Shown piece after piece: positions 28,011 to 35,296 of a stretch of 64,000 nucleotides of DNA. The notes under the pieces were generated by a model. The model was not told the DNA's origin. It saw nothing but the letters and a program-made list of their open reading frames with translations, and did not search any database. Each line of letters starts with the position of its first letter. Within the stretch, counting starts at the first letter, position 1. The stretch is from contig CBFHOE010000002.1 in assembly GCA_965657355.1 (NCBI GenBank), positions 224,001 to 288,000 on the forward strand. Reading direction: 5' to 3'. Both the position numbers and the translations under genes were made by a program. This DNA comes from Limisphaerales bacterium. Its GTDB lineage: Bacteria; Verrucomicrobiota; Verrucomicrobiia; Limisphaerales; JAJOIW01.

Positions 28011-28883
28011 ATGAAGGTTCTCATTATTGGATGCGGTTATGTTGGGCAATCTGTCGGGTCCAAGCTTGCTTCCGACGGCCATGAAGTGGTTGGCATAGTT
28101 AGAAAGACCGCTGAGATTTTGAAAAAAACCGGCATCAGGCCAATTGTTGGCGACGCGACATCTGAAAATTTTTGGCAAAACATCGAACAGGATTTTGATT
28201 GGGTTATCAATTGCATCTCCTCGAGCCGAGGCGATACCGAGGTTTACAAGAAAGTCTATCTTGAAACTTCTATTAGAATTATCCACTGGCTTCATAATAC
28301 TGAAACAAAAAAGTATGTCTATACCTCCAGCTCAAGTGTGCTTGGTTACACAAATGGAAGTGTTGTCGACGAAAATACTGCGCCAAACCCACTGAATAAA
28401 AAAGCTTCTATACTCATTGAAACCGAAGAAAAATTACTGGAAGCGGTCGCGAATAAAGGCGTCCCCAATGTGATTGTCCGACTTTCCGGTATATATGGGC
28501 CAGATCGAGGATTTTTGTTTAAGCAATTCATTAAAGGGGAAGCCTCTTTCGACCCAAATAACGATAGGTATATTAATATGATTCATAAGGACGATGCCTC
28601 ATCTGGTATTATCGCAGCTTGCAAAAAAGGCACACCAGGAAGCATCTATCATATCACAGATTCCAAACCTGTTCTCCAATCAGAGTTCTTAAAGCACCTT
28701 TCTGAAAAATTGGAACTTCCAATGCCACGAGGAGAGTGCCAACCAAAAATATCGAAAAGGGCCCCAACAAATAAAAAGATCTCCAATCACAAGGCGATAA
28801 GCGAACTCGATTGGACTTTAAAATACCCGACATACGTCGAAGGATATAAAGATGAAATTGAAAGAATTCTCAGATCCCGATGA
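28011..28883 (+). CDS. NAD(P)-dependent epimerase/dehydratase, atypical SDR (YeeZ-like)
   Basis: 'IIGCGYVG', 'YTSSSSV', 'RLSGIYGPDR', 'NMIHKDD', 'LKYPTY'. Confidence 0.85.
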   Translation: MKVLIIGCGYVGQSVGSKLASDGHEVVGIVRKTAEILKKTGIRPIVGDATSENFWQNIEQDFDWVINCISSSRGDTEVYKKVYLETSIRIIHWLHNTETKKYVYTSSSSVLGYTNGSVVDENTAPNPLNKKASILIETEEKLLEAVANKGVPNVIVRLSGIYGPDRGFLFKQFIKGEASFDPNNDRYINMIHKDDASSGIIAACKKGTPGSIYHITDSKPVLQSEFLKHLSEKLELPMPRGECQPKISKRAPTNKKISNHKAISELDWTLKYPTYVEGYKDEIERILRSR

Positions 28884-28886
28884 ATT

Positions 28887-29288
28887 CTAGCTTGGTTGAT
28901 TACATATTTCTATGAGATGACCATCAGGGTCCCTGATATAGAATTGGGCTGCCCCATCTGGTCGAGATCGAGGTCCAAATTCGATTTCGACTCCGGCTTC
29001 GCTTATGACCTTCGCTGCAGCATCAATATCTGATACTCTGAAAGCAATATGTGGCCCTCTAGGAGGATCCATTGCACCACTATCCCAGCCAGGTTTCCCA
29101 GCTTCGGGTGATTGGGGATTTAAATGAATCATTGTTTCCCCGGCCGAAAACCAACGACCTGGAAAAGGGAAATCTGGGCGTTTCTCTTCTTTCATACCAA
29201 GCAGTCCGTGATAGAAATTCCGACTTTTTTCAAAGTCCGCTGAGACGACCGTTACGTGGTCGATTGTTTGCACCTGAAGTTTATCCAT
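28887..29288 (-). CDS. VOC/glyoxalase family protein
   Basis: 'IDHVTV...SRNFY.GLLG', 'HIAFRV', 'FYIRDPDGHLIEI'. Confidence 0.9.
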   Translation of the reverse strand: MDKLQVQTIDHVTVVSADFEKSRNFYHGLLGMKEEKRPDFPFPGRWFSAGETMIHLNPQSPEAGKPGWDSGAMDPPRGPHIAFRVSDIDAAAKVISEAGVEIEFGPRSRPDGAAQFYIRDPDGHLIEICNQPS

Positions 29289-29290
29289 TT

Positions 29291-29893
29291 TTATTTTTTC
29301 CTATAATGCGCCATGAATGAAGGCATGTCTCCGTGTAGTCCTTCATTTCTGAGATCCGATAAAATTTGCCCGTATCTGAATAAATCTGATGCCATCATAT
29401 CGATTCTGGAATTTAGATCCTCCGATTTGATTCCACTTTCAAAGCATACGTCCGATTTCTCCTGAAAGGATACTCCATACGGCAGACTCCAGGCGTAACA
29501 TTGCCGGGATACTGTTCTAATGTGGTCCGTGACTGTTAAACCTTTTTCATAGGAACCCACAACACTACCAATCAATTTACCGGCAAGTTCTTTCCAAAGG
29601 TGGTCTAGGAAATTTTTTAGATTCGAGCTCATTGTTCCGTGGTAGTCCGGTGTCCCCAAGACGAGAACATCAGCTTCATTGGCTCTTCGTGAAACCTCTG
29701 CATATGCTTCACTTGAGTATGTGGTATCAATGTCAAACAGCGGCAAAGGGTTTTGTGCTAAATCCCAAAAATCAACCTTGCAGCCCAATGACTCTAACCT
29801 TTCATCAAGACATGATAAAACCACCCGAGTCGTTGACTTTTGGCCCGAGCTGCCGGAAACAAGCAGTACATTTAATGATTCGCTCTTATCCAT
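29291..29893 (-). CDS. NADPH-dependent FMN reductase family protein
   Basis: 'VSGSS...S.T', 'LPLF', 'LGTPDYHGTMSSNLKNFLDH'; only 2 nt separate it from the VOC gene. Confidence 0.88.
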   Translation of the reverse strand: MDKSESLNVLLVSGSSGQKSTTRVVLSCLDERLESLGCKVDFWDLAQNPLPLFDIDTTYSSEAYAEVSRRANEADVLVLGTPDYHGTMSSNLKNFLDHLWKELAGKLIGSVVGSYEKGLTVTDHIRTVSRQCYAWSLPYGVSFQEKSDVCFESGIKSEDLNSRIDMMASDLFRYGQILSDLRNEGLHGDMPSFMAHYRKK

Positions 29894-29976
29894 TTCCTAA
29901 TCTTACAGATAATCTCTCTATTTTGCCAACTTACATGTGGAAGATTAGAAGGTTCTTGCTTGTGAAATGAGACACG

Positions 29977-30005
29977 AAAAAAGCCTCTCAGATGTGGGAG
30001 GCTTT
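29977..30005 (-). terminator. Rho-independent terminator of pnp
   Basis: Minus strand aaagcctccca-catc-tgagaggc-tttttt, about 30 nt after the pnp stop. Confidence 0.75.
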
Positions 30006-30037
30006 GGTAACTAAAAATATTGGAGAGAAAATCTACA

Positions 30038-32338
30038 TCAATCTCTTCTTTTTCTTCGAGGACGCCTGTTACCGGGACCTCTGTCGCCATTTCCACCGCG
30101 ATCCTTGTCAGAAGGTTTTCCCCGTCCTCCTCGGTCTCCCCTGTCCTTTCTTTTGGATTCATCCTCAAGGGATGAAGAATCAAAATTTTCTTCATCTTCG
30201 GGCTCTGACTCCATTTGGTAATCTTCGTCGCGATCTGCCATAGCCGCTCTTCTTGAAAGTTTGACCCTCCCTTTGTCATCGATTCCGATACACTTGACGA
30301 CGATCTCGTCGCCTTCCTCAACAATATCAGATGGACGCTTCACTCTGAAATTGGCAAGTTCACTCACGTGAACGAGTCCTTCTTGACCAGGCAAAACCTC
30401 AACAAAACAGCCAAATTCTTTAATGGAGACAACTCTACCTTTGTATATTTGCCCCTCTTCTATTTCTGCAGTGATACCCTGAATCTCTTGCTTGGCAATC
30501 TCCATGCCATCGGCGTCTATAGAGTATATAAATACTGAGCCATCATCATCTATGTTGATTTCACAACCTGAGCGATCGACCAAAGCTTTGATGTTCTTTC
30601 CGCCAGGGCCAATGATAGCACCAATTTTCTCCGGGTTAACTTTAAGAACTTCAATTCTAGGGGCGTATTTGGAAAGTTCCTCTCTGGGCTCAGCAAGCGT
30701 TTGGGACATGACGTCGATGATTTTCAGTCTAGCATCTCTAGCCTGCCCTACAGCCTCAGTCATGATATTTAAAGGGAGACCTTTAAGCTTGAGATCGAGC
30801 TGAAATCCAGTAATGCCCTGAGTTGTACCGGCGATTTTACAATCCATATCACAGAAGGCATCTTCCCAACCGAGAATGTCTGTCAAAAGCTGGTGGGATG
30901 TGATTTTGTCGTCATCATCAGTCGCAGTACAAATACCGATACTTATACCTGCCACTGCTTTTTCAACGGGAACCCCCGCGTCCATGAGCGCTAAACTAGC
31001 GGCACATACAGTCCCCATCGAACTGGAACCATTTGATTCGAGAATGTCACTTACGACCCGAACGGAATATGGAAAATCTTCAACAGGAACAATGGGTAAG
31101 ACAGATCGTTCAGCTAGAGCACCGTGGCCGATTTCTCGACGACCTGGTCCCATAATTCTTCCAGTTTCTCCTACCGAGAAATTTGGAAAATTATAATGTA
31201 ACAAAAAGCTTTTCTCAGTGGTGCCACCGGTGTAGGAGTCAAATTGTTGGCTGTCCTCATTTGTTCCCAAAGTAGTTGTGGCCAGGGCTTGAGTTTCTCC
31301 CCTGGTGAAGACCGCTGAACCATGAGTTCTTGGAAGCAATCCAACGTCACATGAAATAGGCCTCAAATCACCAAAAGAACGCCCATCCAGGCGCTTGCCT
31401 TCGGTAAGAATCAGTTTTCTTACTTCTTCCTTCTGAAGTTTGTAGAAGATTTCTCCTACAGTCTTGTCGGAAATATTTTCTTCACCAAATTTTTCGGCCA
31501 GAGCTGCACCCATTTGGTCCTTGAGTTCATTGCATGCGACTTCGCGAGGTAGCTTCTCTTGAATCAGAAGAGCGTCGATAATCTTTTCGCTGATTAGATT
31601 TCCTGCTTCATCAATATATTCCTGGGGAATTTGAGAAACTTCGACTTTTCTTTTGGAGACGTTGATCTCGGCGGCTAATTCTTCTTGAGCGGTAATCGTC
31701 GGCTGGCAAGCTTCCTGAGCAAAAGCGAGGGCAGCATTAAAGTCTTCCTCGCTGATTTCTTTGGCCGAGCCTTCGAACATAACGACATCGTTTTTGTTAC
31801 CAACATAAATGAGATCTAAATCACTCTCTTCCATTTGCGAGTGCGTTGGAAAACTGACAAACTCGCCATTAATTCTGCCAACTCTAACAGCTCCTAGTGG
31901 CCCGCTCCATGGCAAATCACTTATGGACAATGCAACAGAAGCGCCAAGTATACTCAAAATATCCGGATCATTTTCTCCGTCGGCACTCAGGACAGAACTT
32001 TGTACCTGCACCTCATTGAACCAGCCTTTTGGAAAAAGGGGTCTTATTGGGCGATCAGTGAGACGACAGGTCAATATTTCCTTCTCGGTAGGTCGCCCTT
32101 CTCTTTTGAGATATCCGCCGGGAAAGCGCCCAGCAGCGGCAGCTTTTTCTCTGTAGTCAACTGTGAGTGGGAAAAAGCCTGCGTCTTCTCGAGCTGTTTT
32201 AGCACCGACTACGGCAGTAAGAACGACTGTCTCACCTAATTGGATTAATGCGGCTCCGTCGGCCTGCTTTGCATATTTCCCAGTTTTGAAGGTAATTTTA
32301 GAACCTCCAACTTCAAACGTCTTTATGTATTCCTGCAT
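30038..32338 (-). CDS. pnp: Polyribonucleotide nucleotidyltransferase (PNPase)
   Basis: 'FFPLTVDYREK', 'RLTDRPIRPLFP', 'FTRGETQ', 'RREIGHGALAER', 'ESNGSSSM', KH ('IIGPGGK') and S1 domains; lies downstream of rpsO. Confidence 0.98.
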   Translation of the reverse strand: MQEYIKTFEVGGSKITFKTGKYAKQADGAALIQLGETVVLTAVVGAKTAREDAGFFPLTVDYREKAAAAGRFPGGYLKREGRPTEKEILTCRLTDRPIRPLFPKGWFNEVQVQSSVLSADGENDPDILSILGASVALSISDLPWSGPLGAVRVGRINGEFVSFPTHSQMEESDLDLIYVGNKNDVVMFEGSAKEISEEDFNAALAFAQEACQPTITAQEELAAEINVSKRKVEVSQIPQEYIDEAGNLISEKIIDALLIQEKLPREVACNELKDQMGAALAEKFGEENISDKTVGEIFYKLQKEEVRKLILTEGKRLDGRSFGDLRPISCDVGLLPRTHGSAVFTRGETQALATTTLGTNEDSQQFDSYTGGTTEKSFLLHYNFPNFSVGETGRIMGPGRREIGHGALAERSVLPIVPVEDFPYSVRVVSDILESNGSSSMGTVCAASLALMDAGVPVEKAVAGISIGICTATDDDDKITSHQLLTDILGWEDAFCDMDCKIAGTTQGITGFQLDLKLKGLPLNIMTEAVGQARDARLKIIDVMSQTLAEPREELSKYAPRIEVLKVNPEKIGAIIGPGGKNIKALVDRSGCEINIDDDGSVFIYSIDADGMEIAKQEIQGITAEIEEGQIYKGRVVSIKEFGCFVEVLPGQEGLVHVSELANFRVKRPSDIVEEGDEIVVKCIGIDDKGRVKLSRRAAMADRDEDYQMESEPEDEENFDSSSLEDESKRKDRGDRGGRGKPSDKDRGGNGDRGPGNRRPRRKRRD

Positions 32339-32364
32339 GATTCTTCTATGGGTGAAAAACTAAA

Positions 32365-32482
32365 AAGACCGATGACTTGGAGGAGATGTTTTGAGGAACT
32401 TCAATGGAAACACTCAAGGAAGTTCGTCCTAAATGTATCCATTGAAATTACCCGTCACATCACTTCATTAGCCAAGGGTCTT
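32365..32482 (-). promoter_or_regulatory. Long imperfect hairpin in the pnp 5' leader (candidate RNase III/autoregulation structure)
   Basis: Nested complementary blocks: aagacc(32365-70)/ggtctt(32477-82), gatgt/acatc, ttcaatgga(32400-08)/tccattgaa(32438-46), agga/tcct. Confidence 0.6.
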
Positions 32483-32517
32483 AAAATAAAACCTTCCAGA
32501 AGGATATATCTGGAAGG
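32483..32517 (-). terminator. Rho-independent terminator of rpsO
   Basis: ccttccaga(32492-500)/tctggaagg(32509-17) 9-bp stem, followed on the minus strand by ttttatttt. Confidence 0.8.
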
Positions 32518-32527
32518 ATGAAAATGG

Positions 32528-32785
32528 TTATCGGCGAAGTTTTAATTTCTTGGTGATGCCCTGATACCTCTCTAAATCAGTGTGATGTAGGTAATCGAGC
32601 AACCTGCGTCGACGACCAACGAGCATTAACAACCCGCGTCTTGTACTAAAATCTTTAGGGTGTGCTTTTAAATGATCAGTGAGGTGATTGATTCTGCTGG
32701 ATAGCTTAGCAATCTGAACATCGGCGGATCCAGTGTCACCGTCGTGCAATTTAAAATCATCCAAGTTTATGGACTTTATGCTCAT
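32528..32785 (-). CDS. rpsO: 30S ribosomal protein S15
   Basis: '[40 protein letters not shown]'. Confidence 0.98.
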   Translation of the reverse strand: MSIKSINLDDFKLHDGDTGSADVQIAKLSSRINHLTDHLKAHPKDFSTRRGLLMLVGRRRRLLDYLHHTDLERYQGITKKLKLRR

Positions 32786-32966
32786 GTGTTAAATTCTCGT
32801 GTAATTTGATGTAAATCTGTTGTAAAACTCGTGGATCCAAACGTTGATTTCCTTACCGCCGATCCAAATGGAAGGGGAATATCCCAGTCTTATGGAATAA
32901 AATCAAGCAGATTGTTAACAAAATTAATGAATTTTGATGTTTTTATGAAATCTAATGTATTGGAAC

Positions 32967-33407
32967 ATGGTTGAAATGTCAGAGTATGAATCAAAGTCCC
33001 CAGATGACACCCGGCTTATTGGCAGAGAGATAAGCCGCCAATTTAGCAGAGGGGACACTGTTTTGCTGGATGGAGGGCTCGGGGCAGGAAAAACTGAGTT
33101 TGTTAAGGGTGTCGTTGATAATTTAGCCCCTGACAACCTTGTTCAATCACCAACATTTTCATTGTTAAATATTTATAGCTCAGAAGAGATAAATCTTTAC
33201 CATATTGATTTATATCGCCTTGAGGATCCTGAAGAAATTTCCAGGGCAGGATTGGAAGAATATCTGGAACCTGATGGCATTACATTGATCGAATGGGCAT
33301 CGAGATGGCCTTTGGCAAAACAGGTCGGGCGATTCCAAATTAAAATAGAAACAATTTGCAGTGAAAAAAGATCCATTGTGATGGAAAGGTTGAACTCCGC
33401 TAAATGA
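32967..33407 (+). CDS. tsaE: tRNA threonylcarbamoyladenosine biosynthesis ATPase
   Basis: 'LDGGLGAGKT', 'VQSPTFSL', 'HIDLYRL', 'IEW'; start could be 32955, 32967 or 32976. Confidence 0.95.
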   Translation: MVEMSEYESKSPDDTRLIGREISRQFSRGDTVLLDGGLGAGKTEFVKGVVDNLAPDNLVQSPTFSLLNIYSSEEINLYHIDLYRLEDPEEISRAGLEEYLEPDGITLIEWASRWPLAKQVGRFQIKIETICSEKRSIVMERLNSAK

Positions 33408-34090
33408 GCATTTTATCAATACAATGGGGAACGGCCCGTAGATCCATCGCTCTACAGAGGGAGAATGGGGCAAATCCAATTTGTTTTTCCTTTGCAATAA
33501 AGGAGGATGTGCGACTTGCACACAAGATCCATGAGCTGCTTCTTGAGGCGGATGAAATACCCACCTCAATTAATCGAATCATCGTGAATCGTGGCCCGGG
33601 AAGTTACACTGGGATAAGGATTGCTTTGGCCACTATTCAAGGAATTTGCGCAGCGTCAGATTCCAATGACCTCACAGTAACCACAGTAGATACCCATGAT
33701 GCTATTTTGATTAAGCTCAATAAGGCTTCCGATATAACTAATATGAATGGAAGTTGTATCGCTTCCTATGCACAAAGGGGAGAAGTCGTTGTCAACATGG
33801 TGACAGGAGGCAGCCAGAATGGTCCCATAAAACTAGATTCTGATAGGGAGCTTATGCCTACCGATGCTCTTTGTGAGAGAATATCCAAGACTAACGGAAT
33901 CATTTTCGGTTGCGATTTAGAAAAATGGATTCCAAAAAATTTACTGAGAAATTTAACCCTCGACGCGACAGATCTAATCAATTGTGAAGGGAACAATTAC
34001 TCAAAAGAAAACTTTCACACCGTGGAGCCGTATTATGTTCGGCCGCAGGAATTTGTTAAAGCCCCTGCGGCTCGTTTCAGGGCTTGTTGA
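33404..34090 (+). CDS. tsaB: tRNA threonylcarbamoyladenosine biosynthesis protein TsaB (divergent)
   Basis: 'VNRGPGSYTGIRIAL' and 'EPYYVR'; ATGA overlap with tsaE. Confidence 0.85.
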   Translation: MSILSIQWGTARRSIALQRENGANPICFSFAIKEDVRLAHKIHELLLEADEIPTSINRIIVNRGPGSYTGIRIALATIQGICAASDSNDLTVTTVDTHDAILIKLNKASDITNMNGSCIASYAQRGEVVVNMVTGGSQNGPIKLDSDRELMPTDALCERISKTNGIIFGCDLEKWIPKNLLRNLTLDATDLINCEGNNYSKENFHTVEPYYVRPQEFVKAPAARFRAC

Positions 34091-34096
34091 AAAATG

Positions 34097-34450
34097 TTAA
34101 AAACGTGAGTAACGATTTTTGAGTATCCCGAGAACAACCAAACAGCTGATGGTAAAAACAATGGCTCCAAAAAAAATAAAGGGTGTGGCTTTTTTAGGGT
34201 CTGCTCTCTCTGCCTCTGGATCGCGGGCACCCCTAACCTGATCAACCAAATTAGAAAAGCTGAATATATCATTTGTTGAAACAGAATTATCTTTTGAGCG
34301 AATTGGGTCAAAATTTGATGCGGCGTTTGTTTCAGGAAGGTTTTGAGAAACGTCCGACGTGAAAACCCTATTAGTTTCAGCAAAGGTTGAGGGCAAAGCT
34401 GTGAAACAGAAAAAGAGTATCAAAGGCAGGAAAATTGAGTAGCTCTTCAT
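34097..34450 (-). CDS. Small exported protein with C-terminal membrane anchor, unknown function
   Basis: Signal peptide ending 'STFA', polar middle, C-terminal TM helix followed by 'KNRYSRF'. Confidence 0.65.
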   Translation of the reverse strand: MKSYSIFLPLILFFCFTALPSTFAETNRVFTSDVSQNLPETNAASNFDPIRSKDNSVSTNDIFSFSNLVDQVRGARDPEAERADPKKATPFIFFGAIVFTISCLVVLGILKNRYSRF

Positions 34451-34488
34451 TTTCTCGGAGGCTCAGCGGCCAAATCGTAAAGGGAAAC

Positions 34489-34515
34489 AAAAAAGAGGAT
34501 ATGAACCATATCCCC
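34489..34515 (-). terminator. Rho-independent terminator downstream of the 26-aa microprotein
   Basis: Minus strand ggggatatg-gtt-catatcctc-tttttt. Confidence 0.8.
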
Positions 34516-34542
34516 GGCGAAGATGAAAGAAAATGCTGAAGC

Positions 34543-34623
34543 CTATTTAGCTGATTGCTTTTTTCTCTTGAGATATTTAAGTCTCCGACGGCGTTTTTCG
34601 ATCTTGTTGTATTGTTTTCCCAT
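34543..34623 (-). CDS. Unannotated 26-aa highly basic microprotein MGKQYNKIEKRRRRLKYLKRKKQSAK
   Basis: ATG..TAG read directly from the minus strand; 13 of 26 residues are K/R; flanked by a sigma70-like promoter and a terminator; below the ORF-track size cut-off. Confidence 0.75.
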   Translation of the reverse strand: MGKQYNKIEKRRRRLKYLKRKKQSAK

Positions 34624-34660
34624 AGAACGGTAAGCTATCCTTATGTTGTCGATGAATCAA
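34612..34660. promoter_or_regulatory. Overlapping divergent sigma70-like promoters
   Basis: Minus: TTGATT(34660-55)-N17-TAGCTT(34637-32), 8 nt before ATG 34623. Plus: TTGTTT(34612-17)-N18-TATCCT(34636-41), before ATG 34652. Confidence 0.55.
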
Positions 34661-35269
34661 TATATAAAAAATACTTTTTGGTTTCTTTCGTGCTTTATTC
34701 TTTGTGGAATTTTGTTGGGATGCAAGACGACTACCTCTGAAAAGCCAAAAGATCCGTCCAAGGTAAATCCAGAGAAATATCTTGGTAAGATGAGAATTTT
34801 CCTCGAGGTCCACGAGGACGGAATACGCAGTCAAAACGTAAAAGTTCTTAGAAGGCGTCCCATAGAAGTTTCTATTGACCAGAGCCCCATACTCACGGAG
34901 TCCTTGATGCAGGAAATTCGACTGGTCAACAACCAGTATGGTTTCCACTTGGAAGTGCAATTTGACCAAAGAGGAACTTGGCTCCTTGAATCCTATACAG
35001 CAACGAATGGCGGCAAACGTCTGGCAATATTTGTTGACTACCCTGAGCAACAGTGGATTGCAGCTCCCATCATTAGAACAAGATTGGCTGAAGGAAAACT
35101 TGTCATCATCCCTGACGCCAGTGTCGAAGAGGCTAATAGAATCGCCATGACTGTGATGAATTCTATTAGAAAGATAAAGAAAATCAAAAAGCCCAAAAAG
35201 GACAAACCAAGCAACGGGTCAACAACATCAAGAACCACAAAGCTTAAAAATCCTCATTCCAAAAAGTAA
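34652..35269 (+). CDS. Lipoprotein with a stand-alone SecD/SecF P1-head-like domain
   Basis: Lipobox 'LLGC'; 'VQFDQRG...T..NGGKRLAIFVD...AAPII...L.EG...SVEEA..IA' resembles the SecD periplasmic head; Lys-rich tail; no TM core. Confidence 0.7.
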   Translation: MNQYIKNTFWFLSCFILCGILLGCKTTTSEKPKDPSKVNPEKYLGKMRIFLEVHEDGIRSQNVKVLRRRPIEVSIDQSPILTESLMQEIRLVNNQYGFHLEVQFDQRGTWLLESYTATNGGKRLAIFVDYPEQQWIAAPIIRTRLAEGKLVIIPDASVEEANRIAMTVMNSIRKIKKIKKPKKDKPSNGSTTSRTTKLKNPHSKK

Positions 35270-35296
35270 ATATCGACATCAACTAAGAAAGCCGTC

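Noticed and set aside
34577..35050. 157-aa antisense ORF and similar shadow ORFs (e.g. 29872-30324, 33210-33569, 40706-41104, 8943-9329)
   Set aside because: They overlap well-supported genes on the opposite strand or in another frame and have no recognisable motifs.
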